Notes: a model not told the origin generated them from the sequence alone. Shown: positions 45,615-55,494, numbered from the stretch's first letter. The stretch is DNA of 64,000 nucleotides from Elusimicrobiota bacterium (GCA_016234805.1 JACRNU010000019.1:562-64561); one strand, 5' to 3'. A program made the numbers and translations.

Positions 45615-47318
45615 TCATCTCCGGCCGCCTTTACGCCGGGATGAGCCGGCGAATCCCACCGCGATCAAAGACAAGCCTCCCAAAATCGCAAGGATGAGGA
45701 ACCTTGAAGTCGCGCTCGAACCATTCTCCAAGCTCGGCATGGCAGAGGCAGACTCCACTCTCTTCTTCACGCCGGCTGGTTCGGCCGTAGGCATCGACGC
45801 CGACATGGCTGCTGCGGATGGAGAGCCCAATCGGCCCGCATCGGGGTTCGCGGGGAGTGTCGCGGCCGAGGAAAATCGAGCTCCGGCCGCGGAAAGATCC
45901 GCGGATGCCGGGGTCGGGTCGAGGCCTTCATGCCGAGCATGTCCGGCGTGCGGGTCCTCCCCCGAAGGGCCATCCGCAGGCAAGCCCGTTCCATGGCCCG
46001 CGTGGCCCGCCGAGGCGGAGTAGCCGGCTTCGTGCCCAAGATGGCCTGTCGGCGTCCCTGGATGTCCGTCGTGTCCTCCCTCTTCCATGCCGCTTCCGTA
46101 GGCCCCCTCATGACCGGCATGCGGCCCGGCTCCGCGACCGCTTGCCCCGGCTGCGGCCGCGAGCAAGCCGTGTCCGCCCGGACCGTGCGCTGAGGCTCCG
46201 GCCTTGCTCCTCGGCTGCGAGCCATGACCACCTTCGTGCCCATCCGTCGGTCCCCCTCCGCTGCCCTCATGACCATGGATCGCTCCCGAGCCATCATCGC
46301 CGCCTCCGCCCCTATCATGCGCATGACTTGCCCCATGGCCGCCCCCGTCACCCGGCGCATGCTCGTCCCCGCCGGAGCCGTGTCCCCCGCTGCCGTCGGA
46401 ACCATGACCTCCGCCGCCGCCCGAACCGTGGCCTCCGCCGCCGCCCGAACCATGGCCTCCGCCGCCGCCCGAACCATGGCCTCCGCCGCCTGAACCGTGG
46501 CCTCCCCCACCGCTCGGGCCGCGGTCGTTGTGGCCGGACCCGTGCGCCCCAGCTGCAAGGCCGTTCGCAGCGTCGCCTCCGTGCCCCCCATGCCCGCCGG
46601 AAGCTCCGTGGGCCCCGTGGTCTCCGACAGGGACCGGCGCATTCCCAGGATCCAGATGCCACTCCATGCGGCAATTCTCGATGCTCTCCCGAAGCCTGCT
46701 GACCCTCTCGCCCGCAGGCAGACCCGCTGGCGGCGGACCGGGAGGAGCGTGTTGGTGCGCGAGATGCTCCTGTGATTTCTCGTGCTTCTCCAGCAGGGGC
46801 CGCAGCTTCTCGTCGCCAAGGTACTTCCTCAGGAAGCCGATCTCATCGCAATGCGCGTCGGAACCCTTCTCCTCGATCTCCCGAGCCTCCCGCAAAGCCC
46901 GCTCCCGCATGGCGTTGAAATCGCGCACCTGCCGTTCCTTGTCCTGCGCCGACAGCTGTACCCACTTATCGGGAGTCTGACCGAGCCGCATGAGACCCTT
47001 CCAAACCTCAGTCTCGAGCCCCAATCTTGCGGCAGTGGCATCGTCATATCCCTCTCCTGATGGGCCTTCGACGGAATCATGGCCTCCGCCAGGCAGGGGT
47101 TGGGCAGGCTCCACCTGGGGCGGAGACTCCCCTCCGGGAGCGTTCCCGTCGTGACCGTCATGGGAAGGAGGCTTGGTCGGCTCATCGGCTGGGGGCTTGG
47201 CCGGTTCCTCATGGGACGGGGGCTTGGGGCCTGGGTTGTGTCCGCCGTGACCCTGCCCCAGGCTCGCAGACGCTCGAACGAAGACCAGCACCCCTGCCAA
47301 GAGCAAAGGCCAGGTCAT
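45615..47318 (-). CDS. Secreted His/Gly-rich repeat protein with C-terminal hydrophobic anchor plus basic tail
   Basis: Signal peptide, helical N-domain, ~250 aa of GHGSGGGG-type repeats, C-terminal FLILAILGGLSLIAVGFAGSSRRKGGRR. Confidence 0.55.
   Translation of the reverse strand: MTWPLLLAGVLVFVRASASLGQGHGGHNPGPKPPSHEEPAKPPADEPTKPPSHDGHDGNAPGGESPPQVEPAQPLPGGGHDSVEGPSGEGYDDATAARLGLETEVWKGLMRLGQTPDKWVQLSAQDKERQVRDFNAMRERALREAREIEEKGSDAHCDEIGFLRKYLGDEKLRPLLEKHEKSQEHLAHQHAPPGPPPAGLPAGERVSRLRESIENCRMEWHLDPGNAPVPVGDHGAHGASGGHGGHGGDAANGLAAGAHGSGHNDRGPSGGGGHGSGGGGHGSGGGGGHGSGGGGGHGSGGGGGHGSDGSGGHGSGGDEHAPGDGGGHGASHAHDRGGGGDDGSGAIHGHEGSGGGPTDGHEGGHGSQPRSKAGASAHGPGGHGLLAAAAGASGRGAGPHAGHEGAYGSGMEEGGHDGHPGTPTGHLGHEAGYSASAGHAGHGTGLPADGPSGEDPHAGHARHEGLDPTPASADLSAAGARFSSAATLPANPDAGRLGSPSAAAMSASMPTAEPAGVKKRVESASAMPSLENGSSATSRFLILAILGGLSLIAVGFAGSSRRKGGRR
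46400..46510. repeat. Tandem 27-nt DNA repeats (about 4 copies) encoding GHGSGGGGG units
   Basis: Plus strand ccgaacc(a/g)tggcctccgccgccgc is repeated head-to-tail inside the His/Gly-rich gene. Confidence 0.5.
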
Positions 47319-47557
47319 CCAGATCTCTCCCCTTTCTGGGGCTTGGATTTCATCTCGTCCCATGATCTTCGTGGCCCTCATGCGTCTCAACCGGGAGGCC
47401 TGCCGCAGTGCCCGTGGATTTCGGGACCGCGGCCTCCTGGCTGACGGCCTTCGCGCGCTCCTTGTGCCCCTTATGGGCTTTGTGTCCGAAGAGCAGCATC
47501 CCCCCGCACATAGCGACCATCATGACTGCCATTGCTGCAATCACCATAGCGCCTCCA

Positions 47558-48103
47558 TCACGGCGTCCGACAGGCATCGGCCCCGGCGCCGGCCGCGCTC
47601 CCGCAGGCAGGCCTGCTAGACGGCGCGACCTCGAACCGCGCTTCCGTCTTCCGCGAGCCCTTCGCCTCCAGAGCCATGCCGCATTCCGGACAGCGGCCGT
47701 CCTTGGTCCTGGCCCCGGAGTAATGCCCCATGGGGCAAGAGTAAGCCGCCTCGGCCGTGGACAGCCCGCTCCGCGGAGGCGCGATCACAGGGCCCCCGGC
47801 GCCGGGCAGGAGCTTGTCTCTTTGGGCGAGGAGCTTCTTCAGCTTCTTCTCGAGCTTCTCGCGCTTCTTGGCCGCGATGTCCGGTTTGGCCAATTCCTCG
47901 TCGATCTTCTCGACCTTCTCGCCCAGCCGCTCGAGTTTCTCCAGCCGGGACTTGCGCTCCTCCCTGTCTTCATCCTCCCGGGAGCCGGACATGGGCTCGT
48001 ATCCTCCGTGTCCGCCGTGCCCCCCATGCTGGGCCCAGCACACCCCGGCCGGAACCGCCAGCAACGCCGCCAGCCATAAAAGTCTCATATAAAGGATGCT
48101 CAC
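47558..48103 (-). CDS. Secreted protein with coiled-coil region and heavy-metal-binding domain
   Basis: Signal peptide, QHGGHGGHGG, K/E-rich helix, and YSCPMGHYSGARTKDGRCPECGMAL. Confidence 0.6.
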   Translation of the reverse strand: MSILYMRLLWLAALLAVPAGVCWAQHGGHGGHGGYEPMSGSREDEDREERKSRLEKLERLGEKVEKIDEELAKPDIAAKKREKLEKKLKKLLAQRDKLLPGAGGPVIAPPRSGLSTAEAAYSCPMGHYSGARTKDGRCPECGMALEAKGSRKTEARFEVAPSSRPACGSAAGAGADACRTP

Positions 48104-48115
48104 ATCGCCCCCTTT

Positions 48116-48619
48116 CTACTGCGCCTTTTGGAGAGCCATGCCGCACTTCGGACAGCGGCCGTCCGCGGTCTTGGGGCCGCGGTAATCCCCCATCGTGCAA
48201 TAATACTCCTCTTCCGCCGCAGCGGCCGGCTTCTTGACACCGGCTTTCTTGACGGCTGTCCCGGCCGTTTCCTGCCCAGTTTGCTCGTTGTCAGCTGCCT
48301 TCGTTCCAGCGGATCCCTCCTCGGAAGACTCAGATTTCTCTTTCTTCCTCGTGGACTTCCCCTTCGAGGCGGATGCGGCTGGTTCTTCGTTCTTGTTGAA
48401 CTTGAAAGTTCCCAACTCAGACCCCGCGAATTCGTTGGACTTGTACTTCGATTTCTTGTAGTCGTAGCCTTTCTTCTTGCCTTTGGCCGGCTTCTTGGGC
48501 TTGGGCGCAGGATCCTCAGTCGAGACCTTTTCCTCAGCCCCCCCGGTCACGGCCGCGGAAGCGGCGCCGGCGAACAAGACGAATGATACTGCCAACATCG
48601 CCATGGTTTTGAGCTTCAT
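48116..48619 (-). CDS. Secreted Lys-rich protein with C-terminal heavy-metal-binding domain
   Basis: Signal peptide MKLKTMAMLAVSFVLFAGAASA and C-terminal YYCTMGDYRGPKTADGRCPKCGMAL. Confidence 0.6.
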   Translation of the reverse strand: MKLKTMAMLAVSFVLFAGAASAAVTGGAEEKVSTEDPAPKPKKPAKGKKKGYDYKKSKYKSNEFAGSELGTFKFNKNEEPAASASKGKSTRKKEKSESSEEGSAGTKAADNEQTGQETAGTAVKKAGVKKPAAAAEEEYYCTMGDYRGPKTADGRCPKCGMALQKAQ

Positions 48620-48719
48620 GACCCGATCCCTCCCTGCTAGGTTCGATCCTGCTGCTTGGAAATGGCGGACTCCGACGACCATTCCCAAGGATTACGAATG
48701 GAGGACTGACGCGGACGCG

Positions 48720-49097
48720 TCAGACTGAGGCGGGAGGAGAACGGCCGAGAGACTCGCGTGGCGGCGGACCTTGAGGCGGACCCGCGATGGAGACTTGAGG
48801 GCTCTGTACTGCAACGGCATGGGCCGCGACCTCAGGCTGAGCGGAAAGCAGGCAGGCCGGATGCGGCAGCCTGGGCGCGCAAGCCAGGGCCTGGCTGGAA
48901 GAGACTCCAGCAGCGGTAAGATGCACTCCCTTGCAGCAGTGCCCCCGGTCTCCGGTCTGACCGTGACAGGGCGCCTTGGACCGGGCCTTGACCAGGCCGT
49001 CGCAGTCAGCCTGGCGCATGAGGCAAAGATGGGTCCCGGTCCAGAACAGGGCTGCCGCCAGCAAAAGGCGGATGCAGCGGGGTACCATAGGCATAGT
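48720..49097 (-). CDS. Hypothetical Cys-rich secreted protein
   Basis: Hydrophobic N-terminus and 10 Cys, including HCC and CxxC-like spacings. No family recognised. Confidence 0.3.
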   Translation of the reverse strand, partial: TMPMVPRCIRLLLAAALFWTGTHLCLMRQADCDGLVKARSKAPCHGQTGDRGHCCKGVHLTAAGVSSSQALACAPRLPHPACLLSAQPEVAAHAVAVQSPQVSIAGPPQGPPPRESLGRSPPASV

Positions 49098-49151
49098 ATG
49101 CGTCACCCCCGTGTTTTTGTCAATGCCCGCTGTCATGCAGGCTGAACAGCC

Positions 49152-50318
49152 TCAACCTGCGGCTGAAAAGGCAGCGTCGAGGTCCGCGACCAGGTCCGCG
49201 GCATCCTCGATACCGACCGAGAGCCGGACCGTGCCCTCCGTGATGCCGAGGCGCTCGCGCACCGAAGCCGGGAAGGAGGAGTGGGTCATGGTGGCCGGGT
49301 GGCAGACCAAGGACTCGACCCCGCCGAGGCTCTCCGCGAAGGAGAACACCTTGAGGGCCTTGAAAAAAGCGTCCGCCGCGGGCCTTGCGCCTTTGACGCG
49401 GAAGGTCACCATGCCTCCGAAGCCGGTCATCTGTCTGCGGGCCAGGTCGTGCTGTGGGTGGCTGGAGAGGCCCGGGTAGATGACGGACTCCACGGCCGGG
49501 TGCTTGCTGAGATGCTCGGCCACGGCCAGGGCGTTCTCCGCGTGCCGCTTCATCCTGATGGCCAGGGTCTTCAACCCGCGCAGGGTCAGCCAGGCATCGA
49601 ACGGCCCAGGCACCCCGCCCGCCGCGTTCTGGTGGAACTTCACCGCGTCGTAGACCTCCCGGACGCTCGTGAGCATGGCTCCGCCCACCACGTCCGAGTG
49701 GCCGCCCACGTACTTGGTCGTGCTGTGGACCACGATGTCCGCCCCGAGGGCCAGGGGCTTCTGGAAGTATGGAGAGGCGAAGGTGTTGTCCACCGCGACC
49801 TTGACGCCCTTGGCGCGGCAGGACCCGGAGATGGCCGAGATGTCCGCCAGGGAGAGCAGGGGGTTGGTCGGGGTCTCGATCCACGCCAGGCGGGTCTTGG
49901 GACCGAGCGCCCTGGCGAAGTTCCCAGGGTCCCTGCCGTCCGCGTAGGTGAAGTCCAGGCCCTGGGGCTTGCAGACCTTCTCAAAAAGCCTGTACGTCCC
50001 TCCGTAGATGTCCGCGGACGCGACCACGTGGTCCCCGGGCCTGAGGGTGGAGAGCACGGCCGAGATCGCGGCCATGCCCGAGGAGAAGGCCAGGCCGAAG
50101 GAGGCTCCTTCGAGGGAGGCCAGGCACTTCTCCAGCGCGGAGCGGGTCGGGTTGGAGCTCCGGGCATACTGGAAGCCCTTGTGCCCGCCGATGCCATGCT
50201 GGGTGAACGTGGATGTCTGATAGATGGGAACGATCGTGGCTCCGGTGGCAAGGTCAGGCTCCTGCCCGGCGTGGATGGCCAGAGTCTCGAATCCCGGAGC
50301 CCGCTTTTTCATGGTCAT
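49152..50318 (-). CDS. Cystathionine gamma-lyase/gamma-synthase family PLP enzyme
   Basis: Cys/Met-metabolism PLP fold: FETLAIHAGQ, PIYQTSTF, SADIYGGT, STTKYVGGHSD (PLP lysine). Confidence 0.85.
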   Translation of the reverse strand: MTMKKRAPGFETLAIHAGQEPDLATGATIVPIYQTSTFTQHGIGGHKGFQYARSSNPTRSALEKCLASLEGASFGLAFSSGMAAISAVLSTLRPGDHVVASADIYGGTYRLFEKVCKPQGLDFTYADGRDPGNFARALGPKTRLAWIETPTNPLLSLADISAISGSCRAKGVKVAVDNTFASPYFQKPLALGADIVVHSTTKYVGGHSDVVGGAMLTSVREVYDAVKFHQNAAGGVPGPFDAWLTLRGLKTLAIRMKRHAENALAVAEHLSKHPAVESVIYPGLSSHPQHDLARRQMTGFGGMVTFRVKGARPAADAFFKALKVFSFAESLGGVESLVCHPATMTHSSFPASVRERLGITEGTVRLSVGIEDAADLVADLDAAFSAAG

Positions 50319-51673
50319 GGTTTCCTCCTCTTGCTCCAGAAGTGGACCAGGTCGATGCGCGTGATGAGCCCGGCTGGCTTGCCGGCCCGGCCCACGAGCA
50401 CCCCGCCGTGGCCCGCGAGAAGCAGACGGTAGGGCTCGCTGATGTCTACCGCGGACTCAACCATGGGCAGAGGCGGGCCCATCACCTCCGAGACCTTGAC
50501 CCTTGACAAGTCCGTGCCGTCGTGCAGGCGCTTGGCCAGGGTCACCTCGGTCAGGCAGCCCACGGACCGGCCGCCTTCCACCACCGGGATCTGCGAGACA
50601 CCGCGCTTCTCCATGAGGGAAACAGCCTTGCCGGCGCTGTCCCTCGGAGAGAGTGTGATGAGGGCAGCTCCCGCTGGCTTGGCAGAGAGCACATCCGCTG
50701 CAGTCGCCTTGCTGGAAGGCGGAGCGAGGTAGCCGTACTCCCTCATCCAGGGATCCGAGAAGATCTTGCCCAGGTAGTTCCTCCCGGTGTCCGGCAGAAG
50801 CACCACCACGGTCTTGCCCGGCTTGAGCCTGCGGCTGAAGCGGACCGCCGCTGCCACAGCCATGCCGGAGGACCCCCCGGCGAGGATGCCCTCCTCCCTG
50901 GCCAGGCGCCGCGCCATCCGGAAGGACTCCGCGTCCGAAACCCGCACCATCTCGTCCACAGCCTGGCGGTTGAAAGTCTTGGGGATGAAGTCCTCGCCCA
51001 CGCCCTCGACCCGGTAAGACTTGGGCGAGTCGCCCGAGAGGATGGAACCTTCCGGGTCCGCGCCCACGATCACCACCGAAGGTTTCTTTTCCTTAAGATA
51101 CTTCCCGGTCCCGGAGATGGTCCCGCCCGTGCCCATGCCGGCCACGAAAACATCGACCTTGCCGTCCGTGTCCTCCCAGATCTCTGGCCCGGTGGTCCGG
51201 TAGTGCGCCGAAGGGTTGCACGGGTTGGCGAACTGGTCGGGCCGCCAAGCGCCGATGATGTCCCGGCTCAGGCGGTCCGCGACCCCGTTGTAGCTCTCAG
51301 GGGAATCCGGCGCCACCGAAGTGGGGGTGATGACGACCTCGGCTCCGTAAGCCTTGAGCAGGTTGACCTTGTCCTCGCTCATCTTGTCCGGCATGACGAA
51401 GATGCACCTGTAGCCCTTGACCGCCGCGGCCAAAGCCAGGCCCACGCCCGTGTTGCCTGCCGTGGCCTCGATGATGGTGCCGCCCTTCTTGAGCAGGCCC
51501 TTCTTCTCAGCGTCCAGGATCATGGCCAGGCCGATGCGGTCCTTGACGCTCCCTCCCGGGTTCATGGGCTCGACCTTGGCCAGCAGGGTCACGGGAAGCC
51601 CGTCCGTCACGCGGTTGAGGCGCACCAGCGGGGTGCGGCCGATAGCGGAGAGGATGGTGTCGTGGATTCGCAT
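50315..51673 (-). CDS. Cystathionine beta-synthase (PLP domain + C-terminal CBS pair)
   Basis: GRTPLVRL, PGGSVKDR (PLP lysine), ATAGNTGVGLA, and a tandem CBS domain at the C-terminus. Confidence 0.85.
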   Translation of the reverse strand: MRIHDTILSAIGRTPLVRLNRVTDGLPVTLLAKVEPMNPGGSVKDRIGLAMILDAEKKGLLKKGGTIIEATAGNTGVGLALAAAVKGYRCIFVMPDKMSEDKVNLLKAYGAEVVITPTSVAPDSPESYNGVADRLSRDIIGAWRPDQFANPCNPSAHYRTTGPEIWEDTDGKVDVFVAGMGTGGTISGTGKYLKEKKPSVVIVGADPEGSILSGDSPKSYRVEGVGEDFIPKTFNRQAVDEMVRVSDAESFRMARRLAREEGILAGGSSGMAVAAAVRFSRRLKPGKTVVVLLPDTGRNYLGKIFSDPWMREYGYLAPPSSKATAADVLSAKPAGAALITLSPRDSAGKAVSLMEKRGVSQIPVVEGGRSVGCLTEVTLAKRLHDGTDLSRVKVSEVMGPPLPMVESAVDISEPYRLLLAGHGGVLVGRAGKPAGLITRIDLVHFWSKRRKP

Positions 51674-51754
51674 GGTCCAGAGAGTAGCTATTTTTCAGTC
51701 CCTCTCCAAGCGCCTTGCATTGGCATGGACTCAACGGGTATATTGGCTCAGAAC

Positions 51755-52939
51755 ATGGTCCCTGTCTCCAAGGAGTCCGTGCGCGAGGCTGCCGCGGAAT
51801 GCGGCATCGACATCGTGGGCTTCGCCCCCGCTTCACCGCTTGATCGGCAGACCCGCGACCTGGCCGCGTTCTGCGACCCTGCCAGCGTCCTTGCCTCGGC
51901 CGCGTCCGTGGTCTGCGCAGCCCAGTGCTACCTCAAGGACGAACCCGATGACCTTTCCAGGCCCGGGGAACCGCACGGGCTGATCGCCCCCTACACCAGA
52001 AGGAACCACTACAAGGACCTCAGGGAACGGCTCAAGAAGCTCGCGGTGCTCCTGGCAGACAAGGCAGAGGCCAAACCCAAATCGAAGTGCTCCTCCTGCG
52101 GTCCCCTGGCTGAAAAGCCCCTGGCCCGGGGCAGCGGGGTCGGCTGGTACGGCAAGCACGGCATCATCATCACTGAAGGGTTCGGGTCCTGGGTCGTGCT
52201 CGGCGAGATGGTGACGGAACTCGAGTTCGAGCCTGACCCTGAGATCCCGGGAGGGTGCGGGGATTGCGATGCATGCGTACGGGCCTGCCCCACAGGAGCC
52301 ATCACGAGCCCGGGCTGCCTCGACCGATCCAAATGCTTCCAGCACCTCACGAACTCCGCCTCTCCCATGCCCAGGGATTGGAGGAAGCTATGGGGAAGAA
52401 GGCTCTACGGGTGCGCGACCTGCCAGGAGGTCTGTCCGAAGAACGCCGGGGTCAAGCCCTCAGGAAGGACCGTGGAGACCGGTGTTGTGGGGCCGAGCAT
52501 CCCTCTCCTTCCCCTTCTGACCATGACGGAAGCGGAGTACCGGACCCGCTACAGCGGCAACCAGATCGCGGCGCGCTGGGTACGCTTCGACGCCATCCGC
52601 CGCAATGCCTGCCTGTCTTTGGGCAACTCCCAAGACCCCGCGGCCATCCCTGCCCTGACAGATGCCCTGCGCTGCGATCCTTCGGCCCTGATCCGGGGAC
52701 ACGCGGCTTGGGCGCTCGGCAAGATCGGCGGAGCCCGGTCGAAGTCCGCTTTGGAGAAACAGCGTCCCGCGGAAATCGACGCTCAAGCCGCAGGAGAGAT
52801 ATCCTCGGCACTAGAGGCGCCAGATGGAACATCCTCAAGCGAACCAGCGCTTAAAGCCCAGGAACCGTCGGTCCACCGTGAGGTAAAGGAGGGAAGCCAA
52901 GCCGACGGTCACGACCACGACTGCCAAGGTGTTCGCTGA
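51755..52939 (+). CDS. queG: Epoxyqueuosine reductase QueG
   Basis: DUF1730 N-terminus, two 4Fe-4S ferredoxin motifs (CGDCDACVRACP, CATCQEVCP), C-terminal HEAT-like repeat. The start could be 51725 or 51755. Confidence 0.8.
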   Translation: MVPVSKESVREAAAECGIDIVGFAPASPLDRQTRDLAAFCDPASVLASAASVVCAAQCYLKDEPDDLSRPGEPHGLIAPYTRRNHYKDLRERLKKLAVLLADKAEAKPKSKCSSCGPLAEKPLARGSGVGWYGKHGIIITEGFGSWVVLGEMVTELEFEPDPEIPGGCGDCDACVRACPTGAITSPGCLDRSKCFQHLTNSASPMPRDWRKLWGRRLYGCATCQEVCPKNAGVKPSGRTVETGVVGPSIPLLPLLTMTEAEYRTRYSGNQIAARWVRFDAIRRNACLSLGNSQDPAAIPALTDALRCDPSALIRGHAAWALGKIGGARSKSALEKQRPAEIDAQAAGEISSALEAPDGTSSSEPALKAQEPSVHREVKEGSQADGHDHDCQGVR

Positions 52940-53980
52940 TAGCAGAATCCACCCCTCCCATCGGGAGTCCACGTTCGGATGCAGCCTCCAGCCGAGGTCC
53001 GTCACCGCGTCCACCACGAAGGCATGGATCAGATACATCCCATAGGAGATCCTGCCGATCCAAGCCGAAACGCGGCTGTCCAGCGCACGGGTCAGGGCTG
53101 AACCAGGGCGCGATGCGACCTCGACCACCAGGCTGGCGGCGAAGAGGGAGATGACGGTGAACCCGAACGCCATCCCGACCAGGGTGGGCTTCTCGATGAC
53201 CCCCACGGCCTTGGTCTGGAACATCCAGGCGCAAAGCCCCCCGCACAGGAGCAGGACGGCCCGGCGGCTGGCGACCCACCGCCCGAGCTCCGGCATGGCA
53301 AGGGCGGCCAGCACGCCCCACATGATCGAATCGATCCGATAGTGGCTCGCGTATTGAAGGGCCAGCCAACCCGCGCCGAAATGCCTGGCGCCGACCCACC
53401 GCACGAAAGGCATGCCCAGGCACACCGCGCCGGCGAAGGCCAGGCGGGTCGCGCGGCTCGGCGCGGCCTTGAGGACCAGCGACCAGAGCATGTAGAAATG
53501 CTCCTCCACCGCCAGAGACCAGCTGACCACGAACCCCGATGGCATCCCGCCATCGCAGCCGTAGACGAGGCAATAGTTGGCCAGGAACAGGACGTATCCG
53601 AGGAAACAGACGGGAGCCTTCCCGATGAACTCCGGCAGCCCGTAGGCGGTCTCGATGCTCTTGAAGAGACCGAAGGTGACCGCGACCAGTCCGAAGTAGA
53701 TCAGGAACGGCGGCAGGATGCGGAGTCCCCTGCGCGCGTAGAAGTTCTTCAGCGAGAAAGCGCCGCGGTCCGCCTCCTCCCTCAAGATCACGGTCGTGAT
53801 GAGGAACCCGCTCAGAGCGAAGAACAGGTCCACCCCGACCCAGCCGTTGTAAAGCAGGAAGCCCCACTGCCTCGCGATGGACGGAGGGAACCGCATGTGG
53901 ACCACGGTATGGAATAAGATCACCAAAAGGATGGCCGCGGCTCGCAGGCCGTCGAGTCCGGGGATCGCCGCCGTTCTCAC
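52835..53980 (-). CDS. Acyltransferase family 3 (OafA-like) membrane protein
   Basis: LDGLRAAAILLVILFH start region and ~10 TM helices. GTG 53980 overlaps the upstream stop (GTGA). Confidence 0.65.
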   Translation of the reverse strand: MRTAAIPGLDGLRAAAILLVILFHTVVHMRFPPSIARQWGFLLYNGWVGVDLFFALSGFLITTVILREEADRGAFSLKNFYARRGLRILPPFLIYFGLVAVTFGLFKSIETAYGLPEFIGKAPVCFLGYVLFLANYCLVYGCDGGMPSGFVVSWSLAVEEHFYMLWSLVLKAAPSRATRLAFAGAVCLGMPFVRWVGARHFGAGWLALQYASHYRIDSIMWGVLAALAMPELGRWVASRRAVLLLCGGLCAWMFQTKAVGVIEKPTLVGMAFGFTVISLFAASLVVEVASRPGSALTRALDSRVSAWIGRISYGMYLIHAFVVDAVTDLGWRLHPNVDSRWEGWILLSANTLAVVVVTVGLASLLYLTVDRRFLGFKRWFA

Positions 53981-55494
53981 TGGAGGAGAAGCTCTCCCTT
54001 GGGGACTCTGACCACCACCGTGCCCGCGAGCTTGTCGTGCCAGGTCCGGCCCTCCGGATCCCAGCCCGCCCACAGGAAGCCGAGGAACAAGGCCATGGCC
54101 GAGAGGTAGCTCGCCAGGTGACGCACCAGGGCCACGCCGAAGTCCATGGGACGGCCGTCGAGACGCAGCCCCTTGAGGTCGAACACGATGCCGCCGATGG
54201 TGGTGGATTTCCAGGTCCAGAACCCGACCTGATAGGCCAGCCACAACGGCAGGCTGAAAGCGGGCAGGGGCGTGACCGCGCCCACGAATCCCACCACGAA
54301 CACGTCGATGCAGACCGCGCCGCAGCGCGGCCAGAACCCGGCGCGCGGCAGGCCCCCTCCGGCGATCGGAGGACTGCCCGCGCCTCCGAGGACCTGACGC
54401 CCCTGCGGCAGGCTTCCCACGGAACTCGCAGGCGAAGCGGCCTCGGTGGGCAGGCTCGCGGCAGACAGAGCCGCGGCAGGCGCGGATGAGCCCGCGCCGG
54501 TCTCCTTGCGCAGGGCGTCGAAGGCCGCGAGCAGGACCGCTCCTGTCCCGAAAGCCCCGGTCAGGACCCAGGCCGCGAGCCCGAGCACCGGGATGAGATA
54601 GACCGCGAAGATGAGGCCGGTCCCCACAGCCACCGCTGCCGGAAGGTTCTCAGCCCAGGGCAGGCCGAGGCGGCGGCCCGCGCCTTGGCCGGTCCAGCCC
54701 GCGGCCACGACCTTGCCGAACACCACGGCGCACAGCAGCAGGAGGATGACGAAGGGGATGGCGAGGATGCCGACCACGGTGAAGGTCAGGAACACGCTCA
54801 ATGGGCCTGCCAAGAGGCCTGCCAGCACGCCTGTGAGGAGCGCGCTCAAAGGCCGCTCCTCCAGGACCGCGGCGCAGCGCGTCACTCCTGACGGAAAGAC
54901 CAGGGCCAGCAGGACATTGAAAGCCAGCAGGATCGCGGCCGCGGCCCAAGCCCACCACACCTGATGCGGGAAGGGCCTCATCCACAGCAGTCCTTCAGTG
55001 ATCCAGCGGCGCAGGGCCTCGGCCGCCGCGGAATCCCCGAGGAGAGGCACGGAGCGCAAGAGGCCGATGCCGACCTCGGTGCGCTCTCCCTTGACGCGCG
55101 CTCCTGGGGCGATGGAAAGGCTTCCTCCCACCGCGACCGCGTCCCCCCCGACCACGGCCCTGGAGCTCAGGACCAGGCTTCCGATGGCCACGGCATCTCC
55201 CTCGACCGAGCCGTCCACCAGGGACCGGCCTGCCACCACCACCACATCCCCTTCCACCGAACCGTGGATCTGAGCGGACCCGCCGATGACCACCACATCC
55301 TTGGCGCGGTCGCCTTCAGCCAGGACCACGCTCCTAGCCACGGACACGATGTCCCTTGCCGAGTCCCTGTCCCCCCCCGTGGACAGAGAGATGGATATCT
55401 TGCCGCCGCTCTTCCCCTCACTGGAAGCCTGGGACGCGCCTGGCAGGCAGAGCAGGACAGCGAGACCGGCGAGCTCGAAGAAACGAAGCTTCAT
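53977..55494 (-). CDS. Secreted/membrane protein with bactofilin-like Gly/Val-rich repeats, polytopic segment and C-terminal RDD domain
   Basis: Signal peptide MKLRFFELAGLAVLL. Repeats (GSVEGDVVVVAG/GSVEGDAVAIG), TM helices, and a C-terminal RDD-like domain (arginine/aspartates in WDPEGRTWHDKLAGTVVV). Confidence 0.5.
   Translation of the reverse strand: MKLRFFELAGLAVLLCLPGASQASSEGKSGGKISISLSTGGDRDSARDIVSVARSVVLAEGDRAKDVVVIGGSAQIHGSVEGDVVVVAGRSLVDGSVEGDAVAIGSLVLSSRAVVGGDAVAVGGSLSIAPGARVKGERTEVGIGLLRSVPLLGDSAAAEALRRWITEGLLWMRPFPHQVWWAWAAAAILLAFNVLLALVFPSGVTRCAAVLEERPLSALLTGVLAGLLAGPLSVFLTFTVVGILAIPFVILLLLCAVVFGKVVAAGWTGQGAGRRLGLPWAENLPAAVAVGTGLIFAVYLIPVLGLAAWVLTGAFGTGAVLLAAFDALRKETGAGSSAPAAALSAASLPTEAASPASSVGSLPQGRQVLGGAGSPPIAGGGLPRAGFWPRCGAVCIDVFVVGFVGAVTPLPAFSLPLWLAYQVGFWTWKSTTIGGIVFDLKGLRLDGRPMDFGVALVRHLASYLSAMALFLGFLWAGWDPEGRTWHDKLAGTVVVRVPKGELLLQ

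Noticed and set aside
45767-46819. Alternative-frame ORFs (350 aa minus, 294 aa plus, and others) within the His/Gly-rich repeat gene
   Set aside because: The 27-nt tandem repeats keep all frames open. Only the frame giving a signal peptide plus GHGSGGGG repeats is coherent from a start codon.
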